Part shown: piece by piece, positions 29,846-44,282 of the stretch
How the letters are laid out: each line of letters starts with the position of its first letter
Position numbering within the stretch: position 1 is the stretch's first letter
NCBI RefSeq assembly: GCF_000002865.3
Contig: NW_001865085.1
Span: forward strand, 6,256 to 70,255
From: Monosiga brevicollis MX1
Taxonomy: Eukaryota
DNA: 64,000 nucleotides
Direction: 5' to 3'
Program-made: the position numbers and the translations under genes
The notes under the pieces: generated by a model
What the model was told of the DNA's origin: nothing
Seen by the model: only the letters and a program-made list of their open reading frames with translations
The model's database searches: none

Positions 29846-32800
29846 TCAGGCACGCAGGCACCACATGGAGCTTATGTTGGTGGGCAAGTATGCAAACGTA
29901 CTCAGCCGCTCTAAGACTGTGAGGTGGCCCAGTTCAAGGTCTGGTAAGGCTTGCTGCTGCTGCAGCTGACCGAGCAGTCGCATCACTGCCTTTAAATAGA
30001 CATCGACCTGCTTTTTATCGGCGAGTGGCCGCGCCTGCTTTGAAGACTGACGGCCAAACAGGGTGAAGGTTGATGGTTGAAAGCCAACCAAGCACCCTGG
30101 CCGTGCAACGCTTACTTTTTCTGCTGCAAGCAAAAGCTTTTGCTGCTGCATCCGCCCATGCGCATACAACACATCGTGTAGCCGAGCTGCTCGGGTTGAT
30201 ACCGTCATCTCTTTCTCAAAGGCGGGTGCGTCGGTCACGTAGGCAGCGCACGCCTGTATCACCGGTGGTAGTGAAGCGTGACCTGCACATGGCTTTGCCT
30301 GCAAACGAGGTGGCAACACTCACCTCGGCATTGATGAGAAGACGAATCACTGCCGGACGACAGGCCAAAATCGGTAGCAGCTTTGTATAATGGCCCAAAC
30401 ACGAGGCATCCTCTGGCAGACACAGTGGCTCGGGCTCGAAAGCTACAACACTCACCAGCAGTTAGATGCCAAGATCTTCCAAAACGAAAGGATAAAAAAA
30501 TAAAAAGCGAGAGAAGCTGGGACAGGTCGCGCATACGCACCAAAAGAGCTCCAGTGCTGTCGACTGTCTCGCGAACGGACCTGCCGGCATCAAGTCAGCA
30601 ACCAGTGACATAAATGCATCATTCAGGTTTCACCAAGACCACACCTGACGTACCGGAGTGATGGTCTGCATGGAGAGCTGAAGTTTGGGCCAGAGCCACT
30701 CTGGCAGGTGGATCCGAGACAGGTTTAGAGCCGTTGCCACAGACTGATTTGCGCAAAGTTGAAATGAGATGGCGACTCAACAAATGCTCATCCTCTCACG
30801 AGGCGACCCCACGCTGCCCACGGGTGCATGATTACCAGATCAACCGAACAGGTCTCTTCAAACATGTTACAGGCATAAGGTTCCTCAGTCCATGTGCCTG
30901 CGATAATGCCAGTGTGAGCTACTGGATGTTTACAGGAGGTTCAAGCGTGCCAAGCCACACAAGGATCACAATCGCGGGGGCAGAGCACCTCACCCGTGCG
31001 TACTCGCCACTTGGTGCAACAGGCGCTTGGCACCAGGTGTCGCTGTGGTTTGGGGAGGGGCGACTGTGCTTGAAATTCTGTTGCCACGCTGGACGCCACC
31101 AGTGCCGCAACAGAGAGCGCAAACCGAATGGCCTGCGGCATTATCCACGCAAAGACGTGAAAGAGGACTGCGAGAACTTAGACCACGGCCAAGACTCAAA
31201 GCTGGCTGAACCATCCCAACACCCCAAGGTCATACCTCCACTGCATCCGCCCCGTGAGGAAAAGACGACCAAGACAGTTGTGCCTCTCGACGACAGATCC
31301 ACATGACCTTCATGTGCTCCAGCCAGCCCTAAAACACCCCTCGTGGCCGATGCGAGTGATTGAAAGACACTTGAGCCACGAACAGTGTTTTGTGTAGCAT
31401 CACGTCATATCAAATGCAACGTACCGGCCCGCACCACGGTTTCCCAGTCACGCCTTGCATCAGCGGTAGACGGGCCTACATATAGTACCACAGGTGGCGC
31501 CATGAAGAACCGACCCGAACAAGTCTGGTAAACCTGTCTCCACTATCGGGCCCGGCCCGGTCCGGCCTGAAAGCATGGTAAGCAAGACAGAGCAGACGCA
31601 CGGCAACACAGGTCCCGCCCACGTAGATGAAGAGTCCAGAGTGTGTAGCATCCTCCACCCGACCGACAAAGGCTTCACAGAACTGCAAGGGCCAGTGCCG
31701 CGCTTCCTGCCGTTGAAAACAACCTTTGAGCTGGAAAAGAGTACGACTGCCTTGGCAATAGGCTACAAAGACGGGCTCAAGGTCATAATTCAGTTCAAAC
31801 TCGACAAAAACGAACCGGCATGCTGCGGACACGAGTGGCGGGTGCATATGGTAATTCAGTGAGATTTCGCACGATCGCAAGCGAGAGAGGTGGGTTCGAA
31901 CATTGTCAGGCATCGAGGAGGATAAGGAGACGTCAACGTACAAAGCACATGCTTTAGTTGCTTCAGCAAGCGAGACGGTGACAAGTCTACGTGTGAAGGC
32001 GACAGGGCCCAGGAGGTAAATGCGGGCCGATCGTTGCCGAACAAGACTTGGGCAAGCTTACCCTTGACAACCAAGTGTGGGATGAATGGGCTCAACAGGG
32101 TGGCCGTTGACCCAGAAGCGACAAGGTCGGAGCCAATACATGTTGGCCAAGGTGCTGCGAAGGTCATCATACTGGCAAAGTGCACATCAGAATTCTTGGA
32201 CGATGTGGGCCATCTTTGGTCTTGTGGGGCACTTGCAACTGCAAATGAATGGGCGGGCAAGAAACGAGGCTTTGGCTTACAGGTAGCAAAGTGCCGGCAC
32301 GGCCGGGCATGGTGGGACAAGGAGGCAGGTTGTGCTCCAGTTTTGGGTTGGAAGGGGTGTGGAGGTCTGAGAGTATGAGCAACGCGCCAGCCTGGCCGGT
32401 GAGGCGCTCTGCCTGGCGAAAAAGCTCGGCCATGGTGTGAAAGGGGCCAAGGGCCAGCAAAATTTGAGTGTGCGTGGGCGAGTTGCGTGCAAAGGGCACC
32501 CAGGCAGCATTTGTCGTCCCGTGGGCTGCAACAACACGAAAAGAGAGGGGGCGGTCAGCAGATGCCAGCCAAACTGTGGTGCATGGACTGGATCGTGAGG
32601 TGACAAGAGCCACACAGGTTTGTTGTGCTACTTGCTCACCTTTGGGGAGGGTCCAGGCCAAGGAGACGCAGTGAATTCGTTCGAGACGAGGCTAAGTAAA
32701 TACACAGCGTGGCCGGATTGGACAAGTGTGGGGTGCAAGTGAATGGAGGTTGAAAGGTGGGATCGTGTTGGAGCTATGCCGTGATCAAGATCAGGCGCAC

Positions 32801-33689
32801 GGCCAAATATGATCACCTACGTCATTTTGAAAGGCCGATACAAGGGCACTGCGGTGGTACAGGTTGACGCGAAGGTAGAGGTCCGTCTACGTCGAACAAT
32901 GGACACAAGATGCTACCGAGTGAGAACTAGAAACAGGCATTTGGCACGGAGATGATCGGGGTTCAGGGCATTGGGTGACTGCGGGTCGTGACTCAGTCAT
33001 CTACCTTAATAATTAAAGTCACGGTCGAAGCAAAGCTAGTCGCCAAACGAATGGGGGTGCGTCGAAAGGGCGCTCCTTGCTTGGCAAAGCGCTCGCAGAC
33101 TTCAGTGGAGGAGGCCAAGGAGATGAGAAGACCCAGCTCAGCTGTGCCTGTTCGAATTTGAGGTGGCTGATCGGGCTGCTCCACGGCACCATTGGGTAGT
33201 CGTACATGGTCGATCGAGCATTCGTGCGCAGCGAAGGATCTACAAGGAACCACCCATGAACAGGAAGAAGGAGGCGCGGGTGCGAGTCCCAGTCAGAGCA
33301 AGGGTCTTTGCATTAGCGTTGGATGGCGGTGATTGAGGGGTGCAAAGAACGGGCTCGGGCTCGGGCTCGGGCTCGGGCGCGTCAAAAATGCTGCAATTCC
33401 AAATCGACCTGGCAAAGCAGTGGAGCAGCTCCGCCATGGTGTCCAATGTGGCTGGACGCCTCCTAGCTCAGGTGGAAGCGCGAAGAACGGCAACTCAATG
33501 AAAACCGCCATGCGGGAGCGAGCCTTGTAGCGGCAAGCCAGCCGCCACCAACCAGCTGACATACCCTTCAGATCCCTTTGGCAGCGTATCCGCCACCGGC
33601 AACCGCGCCACCACCTCGCTCCATCTCAATGGCGAGTCGTCCAAGGCGGGCCGGTCCCATTCCTCTGATGTCGCCGTCGCCGCCGCCAT
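29846..33689 (-). CDS. Hypothetical multi-exon protein (function not assigned)
   Basis: ATG at 33689 followed by a chain of protein-like minus-strand ORF fragments bounded by GT/AG. Exon structure and 3' end are uncertain. Confidence 0.5.
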
Positions 33690-33855
33690 AACCGTCCAGT
33701 GTCAGACAAAATTGAAAAAGGATGACATTGTTCATTCTCTTCCTTCGATCGCGTGGATGGAGTCTTCTCTGAAGGGTTAGAGGATTTCTGTTATGAATGG
33801 AGACGAATAATTTGCTTGCATTTCTTATTCTCTAGATTCTGATCTAATCTCACCC

Positions 33856-33988
<133 letters not shown>

Positions 33989-33998
33989 TCGTGGCGAT

Positions 33999-35250
33999 AT
34001 GGCGGCGGTGGCGGAAGTGCCCAAGGGCACTGGCAGCGAGGCAGAGGCAGAGGAGCCAGTTATCATGCAGGTGGACTTGAGTGCGTTGCTGGAGCGGGAT
34101 TTAGATGGCAAGGTGTCGACGGTTCATCTGGATTCGTTGGCGCTGAGCGAGGCGACCGCCGCGCAGTTGGCCGTGGGTCAGCGCGTCGTGGCAAGTTTGC
34201 AAAAGGCGGGGTGCTTTACGTTGGCCGCCAACTGTATCCAGGACCGCGAAGCCCGCGAGCTGTTTACCGAGGCGGGCGCTTACTTTGATTTGCCCGAGGT
34301 ACGTGGACCGTCTTTGGCATCTTGAGCTTTAATGGTTTATGTGTTTTTTTGGGGGGGGTTTAGCGCTTAAATTGTGTCGCTGACTCACAAGGGCGCATGG
34401 GTGCTTTCGGTAGCCACAAAAGCGCGCGGGGCGGGCGGTAGCTCGCGGCGGCTTTATTCGGGGATATGTGGCTTATGGTCAAGAGTCTGGACGCAAAGAG
34501 TACTTTGAGCCCAAAGAAGGGTTTTCCTATGGTTATGAGTGGCCTGATGATCAGCCGCCTCAGAATGCACTGCAAGGCTGCAACATTTGGCCGGCGGAAG
34601 CGCCAGGGTTGCGGCCCGGCCTCACGCGACACTTTGACTGGTCGGTGTCTATTATGCGCGCGGTAGTTGCGGCCATTGCCTTGGGACTTGGCCAGGCGCC
34701 GCGCGACCTGCTGGAGGTCTGCGCAGGCGGTGATACCATCTCGCTGATGCGCCTCTTTCGCTATCATCCAGCCGAAGCGGACCGCGCGTGCTTGGGGTCA
34801 TCGCCACACACTGATTGGGGTTTCCTCACGCTCATTTTGCAAGACGGTACGGGCGGCTTGCAATTTCAGCACGGGTCTGAGGGACGCTGGTATGATGTGC
34901 CAGCACGAGAGGATTATAGCCTGGTGGTAAACGGCGGCGACTTTCTCGCCCTTTTGACTGGTGGGGCCTTTGTGTCCCCGGTACACCGTGTACAATGCCC
35001 GCCCGTGTCGCGCCTCTCCTTTGTGTTCTTCTACTACCCGGGCTATGAGTCGGAGGTGGACGGCCGCCAATGGCGCCCGTCTAAGGACGCCCCAGCTGCC
35101 GCTGCTTCCACGCACAACACGCTCCTGGACGTTGATAGTGGCACGCGCCAGGTGAGCGGTCTGGCCGGAATGACGTCTCTCCGCCAGTTTGGCGATTACA
35201 TCAATGCCAAATGGCAAGGCGTCCAGCGCGCAAGCCCCAACGATGCTTAA
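33999..35250 (+). CDS. 2-oxoglutarate/Fe(II)-dependent oxygenase (isopenicillin N synthase/DIOX-like), 2 exons
   Basis: [30 protein letters not shown] (HxD), [14 protein letters not shown] (His) and RLS (RxS 2OG-binding). Confidence 0.92.
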
Positions 35251-35636
35251 AAAAGCCTGTTCTTTGCAACGGGCGTGGAACGCGGACGTTCATCAGGCAG
35301 AGCCTGCACCGGTCAAGCGTCTTGTCTCACACGACGCTGGCCCCCCAATTGAGAAATGCGCCTTTGACTTGAATGCAACGTACCGTGTGACAGATGCTCT
35401 CCACCTTTAAAAAGCACAGGAGGACAAACGCGTGCAGAACGTCTTTGTCGGGCCGCGGCCTCTCACATTTGTTCCTCTATGTGAGCCGAGTTGTGGTGAA
35501 AATGGTCCAAACCCTCACAGTACTCCGTCCAATGCCCCAAGTCCCCAGCTTCAAAGAAGAAGGCGACGGCTTTGGCGCCCAGCTCCCTAGATAGATCCCC
35601 ATGGTCGAGCACACCGCGACAGATCCCCCCCCCCTC

Positions 35637-35952
<316 letters not shown>

Positions 35953-36058
35953 GTATTTTATTTTTTCATATCAGTGTGCGTGTGTGTGTGTGTGGTCGAG
36001 TGTGAGTGTGCGGGGGGGGGGAGGCGGTTTTTACTGGGGCTGTTGGAGCTTGTGCAGG

Positions 36059-39000
36059 ATGGAGGGCACAGGAGACTCGAGCGGGGGAGCATCATCGGTT
36101 GGGATGGGGCGCGCCGAGGGTCCCAAGGGCTTGGTGGCGGCCACATATGCCGAGGGGGCAGTGGGTGTCAAACACTTGGCGGCTTTGCGGTCGATCGAGT
36201 TGCCCTTTTTTGCATTTCGCTGCCTCCAGCTGATGCCCCGCTTCTCCGAAAGCGACCACGATCGCATTTACGAGGCCTTGGAGACGGCTTTTGGAAGCCC
36301 TTTGCTGGGCGCCGTGGACCCCATCCTCGGGGATGCTGCCGATGCGACAGAAGAAGCGTCAGAGGATCCACTGCAAGTACTCCTCAATGGCACGCTGGCT
36401 CAGCGGCTCAAAGCCGTGAGCCTTCTTCTGGCTGACCAAAACCTGCCTGATCTGGAAGCACGTGTGCTTGCCTCTGATGACGTCGCTGCGACCTTTGCTC
36501 TCATTCTTGCCCACGGCCTCTCCAGTATGTCACCCATCAAGTCATCTGCTGCTCTCCGACCCCTTATGCATGCCAAGTGTGCTCACCCCACCTTGTCTCC
36601 GCTGCCTCGCGGCGGTGTAGATGCCGAACTGCGATTGAACAACGTCCAAGTGCTTGCCGCACTTTTAACGGCAGGGCCCCGTGCTCACGCCATGGTGCTT
36701 CTCATGGCCCGTAACCGGGCCCTGACCCTGAGCGAACGTATGCCCCCGAGCCCTACCCTTGCCTCTTCTCATCGCCTCCTGCCCCTGCTCCATTCACACA
36801 CTCATACACCCTCACTTCACGGTCTTTCCCCTCCCCTCCTCTTCCTTCTCTGTGTTCCTTTTCTTGGCAGTGCTCGAGGCCATCATACCCATTCTCGTCA
36901 AGAACAAAAACACTCAACCGGCCATTGTGCAGCTGCTTTGCGATCTGCTTGCCCTTCACCCCGATCAGCGAGCCGTTGTTGCGTATGTTGGCTCCAGCGT
37001 GCTGAATCCACATGACCACAAAGCCTCGCCTGTCTGCTGCTTGCCACCCCGTCTTTTCCATCCCTCTCATGCCCCCATCTGCTCGTCATGGTTCATCGAA
37101 TCCCAGATATTACCTTCTCAAAGAGCCTGCCTGCTGGCCAGTAACACTGCTCCTGACTGGGCGTCACATGCTACGCCTCCCCCATCTCTTGACCAGGTAC
37201 GACCTCTTTTTGCGCCATCGCTCACAACAACAACAACAACAACAACAACGACCTCGTGCTCACCCAACCACCTTATGTGCCTGCCCGCGTGACCGCTTTG
37301 ATCCATTAGAGCGTCACTTTCACCCACCACCTGGACCGCACTGGTACACCACGCGCAAGTTTTGGCCAAACACCACGATCGCCACTCGGATGATCGCGGA
37401 GCCTGGCATGCCTTTGCTGACTTTTGTACCCGAGCGGTGGACCCAGCCACTGCCACTCCCGGTCTGTTTGCACCGCCTTGCGCCCATGGACACACCGCGC
37501 CTCTCAATCACGCATGTCTGACATTGCGCCCGCCCCACGCTGCCCCACGCTTGCAGAATCTCTCCGGCTCTTTCTACTGTTGCATGCGCACCACGGTTTG
37601 GATATGACGCAGGTCAGTCTCCTCGCAAAAGGCCAACTGCCCACTCAACCCTTGGCGCTCGAGGCCGCACGCACACCATCTTGAATTGACTGGTCATGGC
37701 AAAAACAGGACACGATGGCGCAGGCACACCGTTTGAAGCAAGACTTGTTTACCAACACGCGACACAATGATCAAGAAGATCGCATGCGCGTTCTTTTCCT
37801 CCTCGCCACCCTCATTGGGGGACGGAGCAGCCTCCTCGTTGATGCAGACCTTCTCCAGCAAAATCTGAAGCATATCACCGCGGGTGAAGCCCAGACGGGC
37901 CAGACCTTTGCACCGATCCTGGACTTTCTCATTGCTCTCAATCTTAACGAGTACGCCACCATCGTCAAGTGGTGTCAGCAAGCCTTTGGTGCCGTGGCTC
38001 AGGTAAGCCTTCTCGCTTGCCCTGCTGAAGGAAAGCGGTGCAGGCGGTGTGGAATCATACGCGCTCAAGCCAAAGCCTTAAACCTCACGAAATGCATGTG
38101 GTGTGGCTGTCCACCTACCTCAACGGTGGGACAGGTGACAACAGATGCAGTGCGTCGCTTTGCTCGACAGGTGGACTTGTTGCAGCAACATGAACTATTG
38201 CTACGCGGCACCCTCGGCCGACGTGGGCGCTTGCACAAGACGGCAACGCGCACCGCCCCGGTCGTGTCCGAACTGGACACGGAACTGCGACGCCTTGAGG
38301 TGGAATTTGTGAGCAAAGCCTTTGCAGCCCGTCAAATCCATGCCGTCGATGCCCTCGTCTTTCCCTGGATTGAGCAACAGGTGCGACTCGTTCTGTTGGC
38401 AGCCTTCTCATCTTCCACGCGTCCCTTCCAGAGACTTGGTCTCTCTTTGAGCTTTGAGTAGACTGACCTTGCTTTGACTTGCCAGGTGTGGTTTGAGTCC
38501 CATTGCGGCCGCATCACTCCCGCACTCGTCAAGGTTCTTGTGGTGAGTGTCGCTTGTTGGATCCGCTTTTCCTGTCGCTTCTGTTGTGTTGTTGCTGCTG
38601 TCAAGTGGTTTCTGTCGTCCGTATGCGCATTCACGCCGCCTTTCCTTACTGACCTCTTGATGCGGCGCGCCGGCGCGCCTGCGCCTCCTTTGGTCACCTG
38701 GCTCACTTGACACCCATGCTTTCACGTCTTGGGTAGCAATGGTCCATCATGTGCGTCGAGCCCATGGGTACACCACGTTCAGGCCACTACCAGCCTCCTC
38801 GTATGGAGCACGCCGCATTTTGTCGCCGCCTTCAACCACTTACGGTTTGGCCGCAAACCCGTCTGACAAAGGTCGGTCGATCTCTTGCCATGTCGACCCC
38901 TCGTTCATCTTGCCGAAGCAAGCCGTGCGCTCGCAACTCTGATGAATCATTAACCCCAATGTGTCTTTGGGGGCAATAGCTTGCCTCGCTCAATGCCGTG

Positions 39001-40552
39001 GCGCGGGCATGCGCTTTGCTGTACGCCCTGTCTGTCAACGATGCAATCAGCGAGTTGCGCGCTCGTGGGTGTGCGCATCATGAAGGGGCTACCAATCCAG
39101 CCTTGGCCCGTCGCGAACCGTACACGCTTGCGGATTTGCTGGCGCTTGATGTGGCTGCTGTTTATCGCCAAGTTCGCACGCAGCCGCAACTGGCAGCCCT
39201 TCGTGCGCCGCTGCTGGCCCTGATCGAAACTCGCTTCTCGGCCCTTGCATCACACGATTTTGCCCTTTTCGTGGAACCCCGACCTCTGAGTCTCACGACG
39301 CGGCCCAAGCTTTCCCTGCCTGAGACTCTTGAAGACGAGGGCCCCGTTTTGCACGCGCTGCAAGTGGTGGCGGCCCATGGCACTCTTGACGACGTTGGAC
39401 TGCTCACCAGGGTGGCCAAATGGATCAAGGCGCATGCTGATGAAGCCACGTCGGCAGTGCTTCAGGCTTTTCAGGAGGCGCTCCTTGCGCTGAAGCAGCG
39501 CTTTCACATCAATCTTGACTTGAGCTCGTTGCTTCTGCCTGCGTGGCTTCCCAATGCCACCCTCATCCGCGCCCCCGAGGAAGACTTGAGCTCGGATCCG
39601 CTCCTCTTTTTGCACCTTGCCCCAGCGGTTTTGGTTCGCCCGCCCCTGCTTCGCCTACTGCTGGCTGCTCTGCAAACGACGCTCATCAATCACAGTCAGA
39701 TGGTGAGTATCTGGCCGCCTGCCGTCGCAACGTTGTAGTTCAGCTGAGATATCGTTTTTTGCAGCCAGCTCTGGTTATCCCAACTCATACACGTGTGCTT
39801 GTCCACCGGGCCAACATCGCAGCTGCAAGGTCAAGCCGACGCCCTGGCCCAGCAGCCGCAGCGTAAACGGCGCAAGCCCGATGAGGACGTGGGTGAGATT
39901 TGCAAGACCTTGCAGTGGAACACCGTCGCTGCGTTGCTGCTCTTTCTCTGGGAGCTCCCCTACGCGCCAGGCGTGCGCGACGCACAGGAGCGCACGGCCT
40001 TGTGTCACGACATTGGCCTTTTTACCCATCGGCAACTCATCTTGCATAAGGACCTTCTGCCCCAGCTGATGTACTGCAAACTGGCTTTCACCACCTTGCC
40101 TGACTTTGTCGAGCACGTGCCTGCGGCGCACGTGGCCTTTGACTACTTGAGCGAGCTTTTGGGAGAGGCGGACCACGTCATTCAGCTCGGGGCCGTACAC
40201 TTGGCTGCTCTGTTGGCGCACAAGTATCGGCTCCCGCGTGCCCTGCAGCTACTCAACGAGGCACTGGGTCAGGTGCCTTATCTTTTGGTGCGAGCATCGC
40301 AACGCCAAGCCACGCGATTGGCACTTGAGCGACTTTGCCCCTGCTTTCGGCTGATGTGTGAAGCCTTTCCGCGTCTGCGCCAAGCATGCCTTGATGTTCT
40401 GAAGCAGGTCAGTGCTGTTCGATTGCACACGTCGAGCCTAGGGCAGGACGCAGTCTCATCCCGGCATCCCGGCTGCGTTGGTGTTGCCTTGTCCCTTTCC
40501 CCGATTTTGGTCATTACAGGCTTGCACTAGCCTCGAGGATCCTTTCTTGTAA
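36059..40552 (+). CDS. INTS2: Integrator complex subunit 2-like, multi-exon, divergent
   Basis: C-terminal exons DPLLFLHLAPAVLVRPPLLRLLL and CHDIGLFTHRQLI..LPDFVEHVPAAHVAFDYLSELL..QLGAVHLAALLAHKYRLPRAL align by eye with the INTS2 C-terminal block (..IPSMHICLDFIPELI..QYALPKSL). Gene ends are approximate. Confidence 0.72.
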
Positions 40553-40595
40553 GTTCCGATGGCCTGAGGCAGCGTTCAAGAACACTTGGCATTTT

Positions 40596-40659
40596 TTAGA
40601 TGAAGCAGAACTTTGGAAGGGGCGGTGTTAGATGAAGCAGAGCTTTGGAAGGGGCAGCG
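40596..40659. repeat. 32-bp tandem duplication
   Basis: ttagatgaagcagaactttggaaggggcggtg followed by ttagatgaagcagagctttggaaggggcagcg. Confidence 0.9.
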
Positions 40660-41337
40660 TATCGTCATCATCCTGGTGGTAATGGAGGGGTAGTGCGACT
40701 GACATTTCTCGTGTGCATTGTGCATTCGCCTTGTAGAGCATATGAGGAGCGCACTCAGCTGTTTGCTGTGTTGCGTCAGACCGGAATGGAGCTGGAACGG
40801 GACGTTTTGGTGCCCCATGATGATGCACCGTTTGCATGAACTTGGAGCAACTTGACCCAGCATCAGGCTCTGAGAGCCCAATATTGTGTTCGCATGCCAA
40901 TCGATCCCTGTCCCTGATTGCGAAAAGGCTATTCGGACGCTCAAACGGTGCCTTTTTTGCCAAGATCCTCGATAATGCTGTGCCTTTTCGAAAGCTTACC
41001 ATTGCAGAGGGGCAAGAATAGAGTGAATCTGGGTGTAAATTGCGTTTGGTGGTCGAGAAACTGCTGCAAACTATGGTGGCAGTCTGAGCAACGAAGGATT
41101 GCTGGCAGGAGCTGAGGAATGAGATGACAACGAGACACAAAAAGAGCTTGCAGCCACAGAATGCTCCCTTCTCGATGCAACAATGTCCAGCACCAATGTG
41201 ACGCATGCGATGCCCTTGCCCACGCAGTGGTCGGGACTGCCGCCTTCCTTCTTAGATTGTGCACAAAGCGAGGGATGGAAACACAGCAAGCCGCGCACAT
41301 GCTTTCGGCTTGCTGGCGACATGGCCGCCAGCATCTT

Positions 41338-41770
41338 TTATGCTATATTCGACCAAACCAAACACAACACGGGGTGAGCGAGCGTGACATAAGTTTGGAA
41401 ATGTGACAATGCATGAAATGTTTGGAACAGCACTCGAGAACGTACCAAGATACTCGTACACCTCGCGTTCACCCTCGCGTCGACGGAGGTATTCTGCCTC
41501 GATGAGTGACTCAATGTTGCGCTAAGCCATGGGTAATAATGACTGGCTGTGAGGCAACGCCGGCACGCCAGTGCCCCTCAGCTCACAAAATCGCAAGGAG
41601 CATAGAAAAGCACAGACCTTGATGGCAGAAACTTTGGGCTTGAAGCGGCGGCTCAGCTGTTCCAGCGTTTCTTGCATGAGCTGCTGATGCTTCATGTGTT
41701 TGCGCGTCTTCATGATGCGCACAATGCAGGCCTGGCACATCGAATGCGCGTAAGCAAATGAGCTGATGGT

Positions 41771-41805
<35 letters not shown>

Positions 41806-44226
41806 CAACTCATCAGATCAGACGAGGATGGCTGCGCTACCTGAATGATAAACTTGCGATCCTCCTCGGCAGCCTTGTGAGTGCTCTCGGTGTCCGCCTT
41901 TTGCTCCGAGCGAACGGGCTGATCGATCTTGACGCGCAACTTTTTGTAATTGTACTTGAAGTTGAGACTGTATCGACCATCCTGCAATGTCAGTCCCACC
42001 AAGCACAAGTATGAGCTAGGCTCTCCTCAACAGAAAGAAAAATTAATCTCGCTCTCATTTGTCAAAAGCACAACACCACACATGAGCAAAGATCACGCAC
42101 CTCCAAAAGCAGGATTTTGGCCTTGGTGAGCAAATCAAGCTGGGGCTGAATGATATCCTGCATGCAACCAAATGTTGCGGCAGGAACCATGTCAAGAAAA
42201 AATGAGTCAAGAGCCGTGCGCCAAGCAAACATGCAAAAAGGGCCTTGATATGGAGCGGTGCGGGGTATTGTGTGGGGTAGAGAAATCAGGGGATCGCACC
42301 ATCTGCAGCTCCGTCTGATTCATAAAGTTTTCCATCGTGAAACTGTCGCCTTCGTTGAAAGCCAGCAGCAGGGAGATCTGGACGGTGTTGGCTTCCAGAA
42401 CACGCTCCTTTTTGGTGTAGAGCATCAAAATCTCGCCTTTGCACAAGTGGTACACCCAGTCCAGTTTGCGGCCGGTGTGGGCTTGCTGCATTGCAGCCGT
42501 GGGTAAAAATCGGTCAGACCCAAATTATGAGAAATAAGAACCTGGTCCAGGTTCGAGTGGAGGCCGAGGAAACGGCGGCACACAGATTGAAATCAGGAAG
42601 CACAGCATCTAGACTGACCGCGTAAAAGAGCTCATAGCGTTTGATACAATTGTCCAGGATGGTGGGAATGACCATCTTGAGCTTGGAAGCAAAAGGCCAG
42701 GTGGTGGTAGTCAAAACACGCACGTTGAAATCCAGCGGCTTTTCTTCACCGTGGATTTTAACTAACAGCAGATGCAAAGGCAAAGGGATACACCACATGT
42801 CGATGAGCAGGTGAGAAAGCCCAAGTGCAGATGTGGTGCCCAAGGACGCACCCATAATGTGTCCACTTTGATCCAGATGCTCCTTGAACTTGGCGTTTGT
42901 TTGTTTGTTTGTGGCCATGTCCTGGAACATGCGCTGCAGTTTGTTGGTGTATTCACCACCACAAGCGTCCTGCGACCACCGATCACGTCCAACGTGATTT
43001 GAGCAGGCGCATTCGCCCTCTGTTCAACACGGCGAGTGGGTTGCGCGCGGAGATACCTTGAGCTTGGAAAGCATGCTGGCCTCGGCGTCGTCTGATGCCG
43101 ACTTGTCCTGGATGAGACGGTTGGCCAACATCTTCTTGTAAAACTGCTCAAAAACGTCCTTGTCATCAAGGTACTGTTGGTACGGAATCAAAGAGAACAC
43201 CAACCCATCATGAGTCGAGTCGCGTTCGCAGCCTCGGCGTGGCTGATTGATGCCCCAAATGCACTAGTGGCGACCCGATCTTGTCCGCTTACGTTAAAAA
43301 TGACCATGAGCTCGGACAAGAGGTTTTCAAGCACATTTTCGGGATGCTTGGAAGAGTTTTTCAACAGGCTGTCGCAGTATTTGGCGAGCAACTCTGGGGA
43401 GCGAGCCAGCTTGGTGGCCTGGGTGACGCTGTTTGAATTGACAAAAGTACGGCAGCCCTTGTCACGGCTCTCGATGAAGCGGGGATTGTCGTTAAAGGCG
43501 TTGCGCACAAGCGCGTTGAACTGCTCGTACACCTGCAACAGAGCTTCAACGTATTTCTTACTGTCCTCGCCCGACTATTATCAGCAAGCAACCAGACACA
43601 AGTGAGAAATATGCATCGCAGCCCACACTATCATGTCCGCCTGGCGAACATACCATGGAGATTTTGCCCAGGGCATCAATGGCCTCTCGGCCTTTGGCAA
43701 TAATGTGAGCCTCGAGCTTTTCCAGCAAGACGTTGACGCCGTCCGGCAAGCGGCATAGTAGCACATACAAATGATGCAAATCTATCACTCGGATCAGTGC
43801 ATGAGCACAACTGGTCAACCCGGCTAAAATGGGCAACGAGAAGGCGAAAAAAGCAAGTGGCACATGCAGAAGGATGCGGTCGGATATCGTTGCTCGACGA
43901 CTGACCTTCATTGCGCTCCTGTTGCAGATAAGTATCAATCTCGCCGTTGAACAGAGGGATTTGATGCCGGATGAGAGCATCGTTGCACTATTTCCACAGA
44001 GCAATGTGAGAACCTACACCTAGGGCAGTTGCGGCGCAAGCGATGAGGGGGGGTCGACAACGCACAGCTTCAGCCAGGGGCTCATTGGTGGAGGCATGAA
44101 GATACTGTTGGACACGCTGCTCTTCCTGTTGGACTCGCTTGGTAACAAGCTTGAGGTAGTCGGAAATACTGTTCTCAGCCAAGAATTGCTCTGACTCCTG
44201 CTTGTAATACTTGAGAGTGGCCTATC

Positions 44227-44282
<56 letters not shown>

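Noticed and set aside
40596..40659. 32-bp direct repeat as a CRISPR array or transposon target-site duplication
   Set aside because: There are only two abutting copies with no spacer or enclosed element, and no cas or transposase gene, so it is a simple tandem duplication.
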